In this document: positions 50,565 through 63,544 of the stretch, one piece after another
Position numbering within the stretch: position 1 is the first letter of the stretch
Layout of the letters: each line of letters begins with the position of its first letter
Made by a program: the position numbers and the translations under genes
The notes under the pieces: generated by a model
Seen by the model: the letters and a program-made list of their open reading frames with translations, nothing else
Database searches by the model: none
What the model was told of the DNA's origin: nothing
Origin: Lophium mytilinum
Taxonomy: Eukaryota
Direction: 5' to 3'
Length of the DNA: 64,000 bases
NCBI GenBank assembly: GCA_010093605.1
Contig: MU004183.1
Location: forward strand, 1,674,001-1,738,000

Positions 50565-51402
50565 CTAATCGGAACCGGAACCGGACTCCTCTTCTTCCTC
50601 TTCTTCTCTTTCTTCCTCTATTTGCATCTGATTAGCACGTTTTCCTAAAAGTAAGTGGAAGACACATACCTTCACGCTCCCCCTCGCCGCCTTTCTCACC
50701 ACCACTACTCTTACTCTTACTCTTCGACTTCTTCGATTTCTTCGATAGGAAACCAGTAAGACCCTTGATCACCTTCTTCTGTATATCATCCTCTTTCTTC
50801 TCTTTCTTCTCCTCGCCCGGCGCTTTGACACCCTCGGCAGCTGGCACCGCAGCCGCTGCCGGTGGAGCGGCGTGTCCATCTATGCCTTTGGTCGCGTCGA
50901 CGGGCGCTCCGGCTGGTATATCCCACTGTGTACGGCCAGTTGCGGTCTCGACATAGAACCAGCGTTGGCTAGGTTGGTCCCACTGTGCGATCCAGCCAGC
51001 GGGTAGGGGAGGCGCGCCAGGGGTTGCCTGGGCGGCAGCTGGAGGAGCATAGGTGGCTGGGAGGGCAGGCTCGCTGGTAGCTGGGGGAGCGTATGCAGCG
51101 GGTTGGGCGGCTACTGGAGCTGCAATCTAGGTGTTAGCATGCCTCTAGACTTTGCTATCTTGAGCGGGCTTTTATTTGATTTTTGTAGCACCTATACACC
51201 ATAGAAAGCTGAGAAACAGTAAAAGGTAGATCAGAAGATCAGAAGATCAGAAGCAGAATCAAGAACTTGAATGACATAAAGAATTACCATGCTGCTCGAC
51301 TGGCTTCGCCTCAACCGGCTTCGCTTCCTCCTTCTTGGGCTTATCCTCTAGCGATGCCTTTAGCCCCTCGAACTCCTTGGTGAGTTTCTTAAAGAACGAC
51401 AT
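50565..51402 (-). CDS. Small WW-domain protein, 3 exons
   Basis: Exon 1 MSFFKKLTKEFEGLKASL... Exon 2 carries a P/A-rich linker and WW domain PPLPAGWIAQWDQPSQRWFYVETATGRTQWDIP, followed by a K/S-rich segment. An acidic last exon ends SGSGSD*. Confidence 0.85.
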
Positions 51403-52464
51403 TTTGAATAGACAATATAGAATATCAGAGCCTGAAACTTTACAAAATCGACAACGGGATGCAGCGGAAGATATAGAAAAGGGAGAAATTCAGCTTCTGC
51501 ATGATACAAGGCGGGGCAGCACGCCAGGCAGAAGAACAAGCACCTAGCCAAGCACAGCATCGGATGCTTCACCCCAATAGCTCTGTCTTGGCTCGCTTGG
51601 CCCTGCAGAGCGCACGCCTCGTTGGAGGAAATCGGCCGAGAAGTGTTTCCCAAGGGGCTAAATTTACACATTTTTGAGCGCCGGTGAGTCGCTGGTTGGG
51701 CACCCATATGCACGATTCCCTTCGAGGTTTGCCAAGCACCGCTGTGCCAGGCTGTGCGCTCCAATAGCGACAGGGTACGGCATGAAGAGTGGCCGGGCTG
51801 ATAGTTGGTGTAGACGGCCGATATCTTGGTGGCTGAAACGAAGCTGGCATGGACCCCGCTAGGTCAGGGACAATCACACCTGGTGTAGCGCTAAGCATCG
51901 TTAGCAAGCTGGGCGGTGTAGCTTAGACTGTGTTTCGGCAGGAACTGCTACGCAGATTTTGCGGTAGCCTTGAGCCTTGCAGACCTAGCGCCTCGGATGA
52001 ATGTATCCCAGGCTGAAGGGTCTTGGGGCGGGAAAAGATTAAAGTTAAGGGAACCATTGAGCACGGTCATGTGACGATCACGTGGACTGGACCCACTGCA
52101 CTATGGTCTTACTGTCGCTAATAAATGCAAGGATCTGATTGAGTTCATTCTTGTATCTCCACCGAGCCTGCCACCTCATTGCTATGTTTGCTTGTGTTTG
52201 GTACACACATAGCTTTTTATCTAGCTGATCTTGGTGCAGATCCAATGATTGGAAGAGGTATTCTAACGAAGCTGCAAACCCCCGACATGATCTACGAGGC
52301 TGACTGGGCTGTTGCGTTATCTCCACGGCCCAGCCTTAGACACGTCAGGCAAGCACTCGCAGAAGACTTTTTGGTTTGAAAAGTTTCATCATCATCCGTC
52401 CAAGCAATCATCTTCATACGCATCTCTTGATTTCTGCAGCTTTGAACTGCTCCGCCTCGCCGCA

Positions 52465-54406
52465 ATGCTATTAGACAGCCAAGTTGCGCGCGCCACAGTG
52501 CTCGCTGGCATCACTCTCGTAACATACTATGCCTGGACGTACATGCAGTCGCCGCTGCGTCGTATCCCCGGGCCTTTCCTGGCAATTTTTACTGACTTAT
52601 GGCGTCTTTCCAGCTGGTGGACCGGCCGTACCCATCTGGCTCAGATTGAACTACACCGGAAGCTCGGCCGCGCCGTGCGCCTGGGCCCAAACATGGTCAG
52701 CCTGAGTGACCCAACTCTGATTCCTACGGTATACTCTAGTACCAAACCGTGGCTCAAGGTGAGCACAGCAGAGATGGATGGCGTCTGACGGGTGGCTATC
52801 AGACCTCGGATGCGGACTATCACTGATAGCGTGTAGAGCGATATGTACTCCTCCAACGATATAGTTGTAAATGGTGTCAAGACGTCTAACATATTTGCCA
52901 CGACGGATCATGCCTGGCACACGAAAATGGTCAAGCCGATACGTAATATGGGTACGATGACAAAGACCCTTGCAAATTGTGAAGGAGCTGTAGACGAGAC
53001 CATCACGCTGCTTTGCTCACAGATGGACACGTTGGCCAAAGAAGGGGCTACGGTTCGGATGGAGAAGTGGTTGCTATATTGTATGTGATTGCGTAGTGCG
53101 CTTTAGGTTAGTTGAAGAGGGCTGACCCCGTGTAGTTGCATACGATTGCCTTCATAAGCTCACCTTTGACTTCCACCGCGGTTACCTAGAGACGGGAGAC
53201 GACGTTGGAAGTTTCATCAAGGACGCATATGGCGGATTGGTCTACTTTGGCCTGGTAATTCATCTCAGTTGACTGTGCTCAAGATCTAGTTCGTCAAGGC
53301 CTCTTCCATAATCACAACCTTCTCATGCCTTTCATCGCCCTTCACTCTTCATGTACACTTCCCCGCACGGAAGATGTAAGCTACAAAGAAGAAGGCTGAC
53401 CTCTCCAGTGTGTTAGTATGCCTGTTCTCCACCGCTTGCTTATCGGAAATCCTCTCCTAAAGCCCTTCCTCGGCAAGCCGCCCTTCCTCGGCAAGCCGCC
53501 CTTCCTCTGGGCATTCCAACAAGCCTACGCAGCCGTAGCAGCACGCAAAGCCCAGCACGAGGCCGCTGGCAGCCTTCCCGGCTCCTCCGACTTCCTCGAC
53601 CTCTTTCTCGCTGCTCGTTCTACCTACCCGGACATCGTCACAGGTGACGACGTGGTTGTGAATTACCTCTTTCTGAACTTAGTCGCCGGCTCCGACACGA
53701 CGGGAACCTCATTGGCCGTCATCTTGTACTACGTCTACCGTGATCCACGCATCTTAGCCAAGCTACGGGCCGAGCTCGTAGTAGCAGGCTACGATGGTAG
53801 CTCCATTCTGACGTACCGTGACGGCGCTCGTCTGCCCTACCTCAATGCTGTGGTGCAGGAGGGATTACGGTTTCACCCGCCTATAGGGCTTACCCTCGAG
53901 CGGGTGGTCCCCTCAAGGGGTTGGCAGATGCCAGACGGCGGTCCGATGCTCCCCAAAGGCACTAAAGTAGGGATGAATGCGTGGGTGAGCAACCGAGACG
54001 AGGTTGTGTTTGGGTCGGAGGACGTGGATGCGTTTGTGCCCGAGCGGTGGACGAAGAGAGCTGAAGAAAAGGAAGAGGACTGGAGTGAGAGGATTGCACA
54101 AATGAAGAATCTAATGCTGACTTTTGGGCATGGGAGTCGGGTTTGCACGGGGAAGAGCATCGCGATGCTGGAGCTGGTGAAAGTGGTGGGCACGTTTGTA
54201 GGAAGATATGATGTGAGTGATCTTGCTGTTTCATCGTGGGCCTCAGGTTGGGATAATGCTAACGCGATGGCTCGATTGGACAGCTTGAATTTCTTACTCC
54301 CGAGTGGAGGACCGAGAATATTTGGTTCGTATTTCCGTCGGGCTTTGATGTTAGAGTGACGCCGAGGGAGGGGGTGCGTGAGCTGGGTAGTCCCGACGAA
54401 CGATAA
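52465..54406 (+). CDS. Cytochrome P450 monooxygenase (pisatin-demethylase-like group)
   Basis: TM anchor and SPLRRIPGPFLA, VRLGPN, I-helix AGSDTT, EGLR, PERW and heme motif FGHGSRVCTG. Four introns. The last exon ends GSPDER*. Confidence 0.93.
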
Positions 54407-54990
54407 ACGGGTCTTGGACTCGCATATTGAGGATATGGAAATCTTGGGCTCCCTTGAGATTAGCCAGGTCGTCTACTTTATACTGGAAGTTTTAGCCGAA
54501 GTGTGGTATTACCCTGGGGAAGTTTATGCCCTTGAAGATTGTGTACCTTCGAAGCAAACGTACATGTTGTCGTCCCTACGTTGTATAACTACATTGTGAA
54601 GCAACAATTTTTCTGTTCAATAGCAGGTTTGGAAATTAGCGCCGCCTAGCGAAAATGTGTCTTCCTTTCTGATAGGATAATGGTCAGCAAGAAGAGCCTA
54701 CACCCAACATTAGGCGCTGATGCCTGATTAGTAAGTCGACACCCAATTCTTGGAACCGGTGCGGCTGAGTCCGCTGGCAAAGTGGGGAGTCGTGTCCACC
54801 TTACTTCTACTGTAGCCAGCGTATTTACTTAGCAGAAATAAGCGATATGAAAGCAAAGTAAAGGATCAAGTTCGACGAAGATTCTTCTTTCCTAGCTGTT
54901 CACGCTTCAAGCCCTCTTCGAAGCAAAAGACCTCCCGGGGTGGGATCCCGTCTTCGAACACAAAGCAAATACATCCAGATCTTCATTATA

Positions 54991-57292
54991 ATGGGGAAGG
55001 AGAAGGATAGATTCGTTGACCAGGGCTGGCCTCCACCTTCCAGTTCAAGTGTAATTCGCACTGCTTCACAACCTACACTGAGCTCGGCTTCCCGTTCAGT
55101 TGACGACTTTGTCTGGAATCTGCCAGGTCTCGACAAGTACCAATTCTACGCTGCAGGATTCCATATGAACAAATACCACAAGAGCCAGGGCATCGGGAAG
55201 CAAACAACACTCAAGCGGTGACGAATAAGACCATAAATAAGCTCCCGGCCAAGAAACTGGAAACAGAGGTTCTTGATTATCTCGCATTGCTCTTTGAGAA
55301 AGTCAAAGGAAACTTCCCTTCAGAACCTACACGTGACGCTCAACATGTCACCGCCACAGCAATGAGGAAGACCGGCAAGCTCTTCGAGATTCATATTGCA
55401 AATAACGATGGGGAGCAAGAAGGAGACCGGGACTTTAAACAAGACCTTGAGTTCTGGTTTGAGAAAAAAGGGCGCTTCGACGATGATGAATGGATGTAGA
55501 CTAGAATGAAAGAGTTCTGGTTCCAACGCCTCCATAATTATGCAAGACAAATCAACAGCAAATGAAACAAGATTTCCAAACTTGGACAGCAAGAAGCACA
55601 CAATGATTTGATCGAGTTGTACGAGAACAGCTTAGGACAGCTTGAGCCGTTTGACGAGCACCTCTTTGAGAAAGACTGGACGGAGGCGAAGTCAATTTGG
55701 TCGGACTCGGACCCGGAGGGCTCTGAGCTGCAACTTAGAGAAGCAGGCGAGACCGTCATTCCATTTAATATTGGGCGCCAGCCTTATGAGGTAGTCGATG
55801 CACAGCCTGTCCAAACTAACCTGGGAGACGGCGCTACTATCAAGAGCAAACAGGAGCTAGGAAAAGCTTTCCAAAAGCTCATCAAATTCATCCGATAATT
55901 GGGGACAACGGCAAAGGCCTTTCAGGCTTTCAGCACGTTCCGAAAAAATATGAGTGAAAGTGATGAGACCATAAAGCTAGAGTTCCTCAAGCGAACCCCA
56001 AATCTCGATTTCGATCAAGACGCGAGAGATAATATCCACAAAGTCTTAAGCGAGTGGACTGGAGCCAAAGGCAAATTAACCTTCTCAACGAGGAGAGCGG
56101 ACGTGGTAGATGCACTGTCGAGCAAGAAAACCTTCCACCGCTACTTTCATTGCGAACTTCAACTGCTAGACAAGTTTCTCGACGAAACCGACGTCTACGA
56201 CTACTTCGGTTGTAGCAAGTTATCATGTTTCGTCTGCTGGGGCGTCTTGAAAGGCACACGCTACAGGACAAGAGACACGCACGCAAAAGTGTACCATTCG
56301 TGCGCGTTCCCATTCACTCTATCCAAAGGGGAGAGTCGGTACCAACTCTTGCTGGCACTGAAAAAGGTGCAGGACTATATGACGGAGAGGGTGCTTCGTC
56401 AAGCATTAGACACGGATTACGCGTTTCCAGACAATGCCAGCCTAGCTGAGACGTTAGACGGACCTCAGGAATGGCAAGGGAAGAGTACGCGTCATTTTAC
56501 CGTACATGATTCGAAAAACGGGAGGGTTCACAAGATAGCGCGGACGCGCGCAATTCGGATACCTGTTGATGGGCACCCTGTGTCTGAACTGGTCAACTTC
56601 TACAAGAAAGGTATTAGAGCTGAAATCGCAGAACCCGTACCAGCGAAGAGGCCAGATTGGCCGATGCTAGCTTGGATAACGCAATGGTGGTGTGAGACTG
56701 CGAGATGTAAGAGCTTCCATCGAAAGCTGTTCTCAGAAGTCTTGGGGGGCTCTCAAAAGGAGATCATGATCCAAGGATACTTTCACATTCACGATGAGAT
56801 ACCAGCCATGAATAGCTGGTGTCGAGATCTGATTCGCGACTCGAAGGGCGACAAGATCGATCCTGGCAAGAACTTCTTGTGGAGAGGCGATCTGGTTGTG
56901 TACAGAACGATTGGGCGAGCCGGAAATACCTGGGACATTCCTAGCGATTTTGAGTATATCGACGAAGAGGACGACTTTTGGAAGTTCTCCAGCTAGTTCG
57001 TACTTCCATTCGTGACGTGGGTAGGTTATAGAATGTCTTCGCTTCCTGAATGTTTCGAGTTCACTAGGTCTGACCAGCGCTAGACTACACACACAATGCG
57101 GCGGTGATAGCCGAATACGACGAGATGCAGAGGTATTGGGATCGTTACGACGAGACGCAGAGGTATTGGGATCCGTTTCCTAACGTTCCCATCGATGAGG
57201 ATGATGATGGTGGTACGGTAATTATGAACCCATCCCCACCCCGCTACATTATTTCAGCTGGAACTGCGCATGCATCGAGGTGGAACAACTAG
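54991..57292 (+). pseudogene. OTT_1508-like (CDA-fold) deaminase gene, disrupted
   Basis: Zn motif HCELQLL..YFGCSKLSCFVC and upstream LDYLALLF. ORFs at 55218, 55608 and 55899 share one frame, separated by stops TAG 55497, TGA 55563 and TAA 55896, with a probable further TAG at 56994. An apparent frameshift lies near 55170. Confidence 0.75.
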
Positions 57293-57704
57293 ATTAGAAG
57301 TCGCATTAGATCTTAGAGGGAGTCTGAGGTAATGAAGGGGTTGGGTCGGAGGCAGTTGGGTTTGGAGTAATGGAGCGGCCTTTTTTAGGGTCTGGCGAGA
57401 CTTTGTAGTTAGTTCAACATTGACTGGATTGAAGGCCAGGAATAGTTTTAGAGCTTCAGATCACCCTCGAGGGAGAAGTTTTGGAACGCAGGGCCCATGT
57501 CGACAGGGCACCCAGAATTCTGCCAGTGAACTTTGACAGGTTGATTGCACGGATTGAGAAGTTGAAGGCTGGCTGATGGATGGCGAAGATTGTAAGGAAA
57601 GGGAGGAGGTACACTATGTTCACGTGATTCCTCGGATCAACATTTTGCCGACTCCAAAGCAACTTTTCCGCAAGCCATCACCTTCATCGTCTTATCTCCC
57701 CAAA

Positions 57705-59066
57705 ATGCGTCGAATATCTCTGTCGCAGCGGTCAATTGACTTACTATATACTTCATCCCGACTTCCCCAACATCAGCTTTCGTCTTCGCCATATCTCGCC
57801 TCCAACTTCCGCGCCATCCCCTTCTCTAAAGCGCGACACCCGTCTTCCCGCGTCGCCGCCCGCTTCTCGACGTCGACAAAACTACGACAGGAACCGATTT
57901 TCAAGCCTAAAAACCCGGAGAAAGCGAAAGCGTTTACCGACAAAATTCAGGCGAAGCTCTGGGGCGGGAAGGAGAATGTTCTGGGTCGCGAGGACCCATA
58001 CGACAGAAATTCACCGATGCGGATACCAGGCGAGGAACACACCCCTAGCGAGGTAGAGATCAGGGAAGGAAAGAGAGTGAAAGTGGAAGAGGTGTCTGAA
58101 AAATTTGTGGACGAGGCCACCGAGGAGTCGCAATCGTACGATGAGGACTACAACCCGGCCGAGCCTTACGAGGAAGCGAAAACCTGGCATGGACTTGAGA
58201 AAGTGGGTGGCAAGCGGTGGGCGGAGGAGTATCAAGATCAGAAGAGGGGGAGACAGCAGTTTACAAGAGGGTGAGGATGCCTTGCAGTGCTCATCCAGAC
58301 TAGGGTGCTAATGGTTTGAGTGCAGCTATCTACCCTCGACCAAGGTGACAGACCCGAAAGCGCTGGATGCAGCACTCCATAGGGCGCTTGCCGAAGTCTT
58401 TACCCTCCAGAAATTTGGCATGGATCTCGGCCTCACCTCTAAAAGATTCGGCAGTCAGAACGATTTAGGCTTCGTACAAAATGTCAGAGTCGGTCCTTCA
58501 AAAGACGAAAACAGCACTTTTGTGGAATTTTCGGAATCTACAGATGAGACAGAAGCAGTGCAAGCCTTGGAGGCAATTGCCACGAGCTCCTATTCGGCCG
58601 ACACCAAATCCTCGTTGGATTTCGAAACGGAGGAAGAAACCTCCATCCTTGAAACGACTACACCTTCTCAACGATGGAAAGATGGCTGGCAATCAATTTC
58701 CATTAGCGACCCAAACGTCAAGTTTGCTGTACGTTCCATATCCCTCTTTTTCCGTCCTATCTGTGTGACAACTAATACATTACTTAGGTCATAAAACGTT
58801 TAATGCAGCTGACTGGCCACCGTCTCTCCGACCCTATCATCCAAGACACGAATACCGTTGGCCAACTCCTAAGTCGAATCACAACACCCCCGAAGCCGAA
58901 GAAGCTTTTCGAAGCTATCAAACGCGACGGAAGACTTCAGACAGCATCGAACGTGAAGGTATCCGGACAACGCGTTACACCCATGGACAAGGAGCAAGAG
59001 GTTGGGAGGCGGAAGGTCATAGAGTATGCGCTACGCGAACGTGGCTTACTTGTCCCTGGGCTATGA
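57705..59066 (+). CDS. Mitochondrial large-subunit ribosomal protein mL50
   Basis: R/S-rich presequence, TWHGLEKVG, and spliced KFAVIKRLMQLTGHRLSDP..PKPKKLFE..NVKV..RVTPMDKEQEVGRRKVIEYALRERGL. Two introns. Confidence 0.85.
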
Positions 59067-59739
59067 TCGTTGTCTACATCGCCGCGGCGGTCGTGCCAGG
59101 CGTCAGTCATTGTCGGTGTCCAAAAAATGATGTTGCGGGTCACCAATGAAGGCGTAGAACTGAACCACTTGTTGTAACAGTACTGTATATCTGTAATATA
59201 GAGGGCAAGCACCGATGACCCGGGCACGCTCTGTGGACTGTACATGATTCAAATAAACATGAAAGCATGATTTTTGACTTGCTTCGACATGTGAAAATGG
59301 AGGCAGTAACCGCGGAGATATCTCCATGCCATCTTTTATGTGGAATTCTCGCCAGATGCGCTTACCTTGGTATACAATAACGCTCTAGAACCACTAGCGT
59401 CGCAGTAATTCATTGCGCCCGTTAGCCTTCCTCCCAAGCCTTGGATTTTCATGCTGCCTAGAATATCGGAAGTCTGTTGATTCTCTGGTGCCTTGGCTAA
59501 TATGCTTGCCAAAGGGTGCAGCACCTCCAGAGTAACCCCGCTTCCAAGGCTGAAGTTCCAAGGCTGAGGTTACAAGGTTGGTACTCTACGTATGGGGCTA
59601 TGATGGAAGCCTGAAAACTGATCTGTCTTCTTCACATACACCCCATCACAATTTCACATAAGCACGTTATCATCGAACTTCTCGTCTCGACATCTCATTT
59701 TCATTCTAATCTCTGCACCCAAGAGCTTCAACCAGAACC

Positions 59740-61417
59740 ATGGGGAGGCATTCCCCCAATTGGCAAGAAATTGGCGGAACGGTTCTTTGCATCTGTTGTC
59801 TGCCATTGATAGCGCCAGTGTATTGCTTCCTCAGCGTGACCCACCGCAAGCATGGAAAGAGGAGGGGCGGATTCCGGATGCCCCGTGCGAAGCCGTATAC
59901 TCAGCAAGATAAGGACGAATTGGATCGCAGAAAAGCGGAGAGAAACGCGCAGCCGACTTTACCGCTTGTAAGGCCTCGTGCGCTTAGCTTACCGCTCCTT
60001 CTGGAGGAGGCCAGCATTGGAGAAGAGTCAACAACCCCTGCGTCTCCTAGGTTCGAGGAGTCCCAGACGATCGCGGCCGATTACCAATGCGGCCGTAAAC
60101 GTCTTGAAGCGGAAAAAGAACGCCTTGGAGCTAGTATAAATAGGCTGTTAGCTATGCAGAATACTACCGACGATATCCATACCCTTGGAAGCTGGTCACA
60201 GGAGTTGCAAAGAACTACCGAAGCTTTGGTGGCTTCCCCGGTTACTAGCACATTGGAGGAAGTGGAAAATGATGTGAAGAGGATTAGAAGTGCTCTAATA
60301 AAGATGGAGGAAGAGAGGGCCGTGGGAGGCGGTGGTGAGATGGTACAGATCACCCATGAGCAGGCCGAGTTCTCGATACTATATACGTTGCCACTAGAGA
60401 TTCGGACGATGATCTGGGAATACGCAATCACAGGACACCATATCCATATTGCACGAAGACGTGGACGACTGGGCCACGCTGTTTGTCCGCACCCCGACGA
60501 TATTCTCGAGCGAGGAGCTAAAGAGCACTTGTGTATGGAACGGCGGGATGGTAATGATCATTGGTTGCCTACAAACTATCCGCCTCGTGCGAGCCCGGTG
60601 TCGTTGGTCAAGACTTGTCGGCAGATGTAAGAGCCCCGAGAATACTTGATGAGGAGTGCTGGATATTGACTACTTTTATAGATACTCAGAAACCATCGAT
60701 CTGCTTTACTCAGGCAACACATTCGCCTTTGCGGACCCGCTCGCGTTCGACTGGTTCCACACCTCCGTGCTTCCCTCACGAACACGACTCCTTCGCTCTA
60801 TCGAACTTCCATGGGATTACCAAGAGAATAGTAGCGGCAGTGATTCAAACATACCACCTATGTGGCGCACAGAGTCGCAATATAAAATGTGGGGGCACGT
60901 ATCCTATCACATCCAGCACCAACTTCGCCACCTGCGATTGCTCATATCAACGAGCTGGGCTTGGATCAGTTTTACTTCTCGGAGCTCACACCCCAGCATT
61001 AGACTGGTAGTTCCCCGCGCCAGACTCCAGACTGGCAATCCGATTCAGGTCGTCATGCCGTGGCATGGTTTCAGACTACCGACCGCGGAAGAGGCCGCCA
61101 GCCCACGGGACAGGGAAAGCCCGTTGGAGATCCATCGTGCTCTGAAAGCTAATCACTATCCCGCAGAGATTTTTGTGCCGTTCAATGCTAGGTGTCTGCA
61201 TTGTGGGGATGGCGCGCTTATAAAAGCAGGGACGCCTACAAAAGCAGAGAGATGTTTCTTCGATGTCGACGGGACAGACGAACGGTATGGGGGCTTCCAT
61301 GTACAACCAGACTTTTATCGAGTCCGGCATGGACCTTGTGGCGGGCTGATTGAATTTGAACTGGATCTGTTGAGTGCGACATGGCGGATTACTCATGGTG
61401 CGGAGAGGCTTGAGTAG
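59740..61417 (+). CDS. Fungal F-box-like/DUF7730-type protein of unknown function
   Basis: LYTLPLEIRTMIWEYAI..HIHI and, across an intron near 60627-60681, SLVKTCRQIYSETIDLLYSGNTFAF. Cys-rich N-terminus. Confidence 0.72.
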
Positions 61418-62162
61418 AGACGCCTGCCCCCTGGTGGCTGTCAAGGATGGTTCCTGAAGCTGGGTCGGTTTGAATTGGGAAGGATGTTATGGAGAGCAAG
61501 TTCTTACCTCTGCTATAAAAGGTCGATGGGCTTAGTGAACTATAGGAAATGTGTTTATATTCCTTGGCTGCTATGCTTTTCAGTCCATACTCTTCGGTGG
61601 ATCACTAGTTGGGATGTCTAGTCAGCGTGTGAATAGTAAGCACGCCCAGGGCAGAAGTGACGGAAAAAGTCTATAATCGAACCGCAGCATTCTAATCCAA
61701 AGTTACGCCGCGTGCCAGAAGAGAGGCACGGCGTACATTCACTCCGTGTACAAGTTACTACAAGACAGTTCAAGTAGAGCAGATGTCTTAGCTCGTGACC
61801 ATGTGAATCGAACTGGAACTGTTCTATACCTACGAATAATAGTCAATAATAGTAGTAATATATGGATGCTCGGTGACTCGATTGAGACTGTCGTCAGAAT
61901 TACTAGCGCGAGGTGACTTCAATCGTGCTCAAGCCTTAAACTATCTGACCTAACCACATTCCAGTACCGCTTCATGCGTCTTCAGTGTCATTAGATCTCC
62001 AGTATGATAGACAATCTGTTCAACCTCTAACCCCAGCCAAATCTTGTAAAATATGACTTTACATCTACAACACACCCAGCTCGCCCTCCAAACCCCCGAT
62101 ACAAAGATGTTTCTACAACGAAGATAAATCCACCCCTCTTCACCCTTTTCCATCTATAGCCC

Positions 62163-63544
62163 TCACGCCTTCTGATACCACTTTACCGAATTAATCAAGA
62201 AGTAAGCGTCGGTGAATGCCGTTGGGTTGTCCCTCACATACGCCTCACACGTCCCCACCTTCGTGCTAGCATAACACCCCGTCCAATCCTCTCCTCCCCA
62301 CGCCCCGTCCCCATAATTGCTCCCACAAAGATCAATATTAAACACCGTCGTCATCGACGCAAACGCAGTGCTCATATCACAGCTCGCCGGCTGCCAATCG
62401 AGAATCGCCGCACTCCACGTGCTTGGGTCCGGGTTTCCAGAGGTAATATCACTGGGGATGCTGTCCCTCGGGAACTGCCAGATGCGAATCCCGTCGCTCT
62501 CGACTTGTAAAGCCCACACGCCGCCCTTGTGGGAGTTGAAGGAGTCGCCAAAGGTGCCAGTGGGCCCGGTGATGTGGCAGCCGCCGTCGTCGAGGTTGCA
62601 GTCGAAGTTGGGCGAGGTGCCGAGTTCGGCGGCGTTGCGCACAGCCATGGTGCAGGCTGGGCCGGTGTACATGCTGATGTCGTCGTGGTCTTGGAGGGCG
62701 ACGCCCTCGACGATGTCGATTTCCGTGTAGGGGAGGTTGCCGTCGTTGTTGATGACCCAGCTGCCGGAAGGTTAACAAGACTTCTGACTAGTACTATTTT
62801 GCTGGTTTTTTGTGGATCAAGGATGAAGGAAGGGGGAGATAGGGGAGGAGATAGGACGTACAAGGCTGGCCAGATCCCACAAGCCCCTCCAGGCATGTGT
62901 TCGAAATCCCCGATTAGCAACCCATTGTTAAACGCGGTTTTGCTCTCTAGTCGCACACTGTCTCTCCCGCTGCTGGCGTCTTTCGAGGAAGTGTCCACGC
63001 CCAAATAAACTTGGTTGTTTTGGTACTTCGCTAGTCCGTCGCTTTTTGCAGTGGTCTCATCGACGTACTTGACGAAGCCTGAAGTAGGGTCGGTGTCGGT
63101 AAAGAATTTGAAGTTGTCGAAGAAATTCGTGGCGTCCCAGGAGGCGGCGATAGCGTAGCCTAAGGCGGACTCGGAGGAGATGGATTTGGAGGGGGTCGGC
63201 GCGGCAGCTGCGGCAGATGGCGAGGATGAAGAGGTGAATATGGACGATGAAGAGGTGTAGACGGATGGCGAGGGGGCGGATGGAGATGGGGCAGATACAG
63301 GTAGCACCGAGGTATATACAATGGGCGTGGATGTGGACGAAAGCGGTGCAGGGACAAATCCAGTTGGTGCAGAGTCGAACCCAGAGGATGCAGAACCAGT
63401 CGCATGCAGCGTAGATGTATTGGGAGTAGAGTAGCTAGGATGAACCCAATGGGGATGGGAGTGGTGGTGCTTGCGGGCCTGCGCAGGTACGAACGAGCCC
63501 AAAAGGAGGCCAGCAGTGGACGTAACAGTAATGATTGAACGCAT
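62163..63544 (-). CDS. Secreted GH16 endo-1,3(4)-beta-glucanase-like protein
   Basis: Signal peptide, His-rich and S/T/P linker, then FFDNFKFFTDTDPTSGFVKYVD, GRDSVRLES and HMPGGACGIWPAF. One intron, then catalytic EIDIVE, GGVWA and FNIDLCG. Confidence 0.92.

Noticed and set aside
42510..57300. Starship or other autonomous giant transposon
   Set aside because: No DUF3435 tyrosine recombinase, transposase or reverse transcriptase is visible, and no convincing target-site duplication was found.
2..59066. Apparent enrichment of translation/RNA genes (eIF3e, RPS20, CUE3, TAN1, U2, uS2m, mL50) as one cluster
   Set aside because: They are scattered among unrelated genes and belong to large functional classes. 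Only the RPS20-CUE3 pair has a specific mechanistic link.
52465..63544. Secondary-metabolite cluster around the P450
   Set aside because: No PKS, NRPS, terpene synthase, cluster transporter or pathway regulator is present, and a housekeeping mL50 gene is interspersed.
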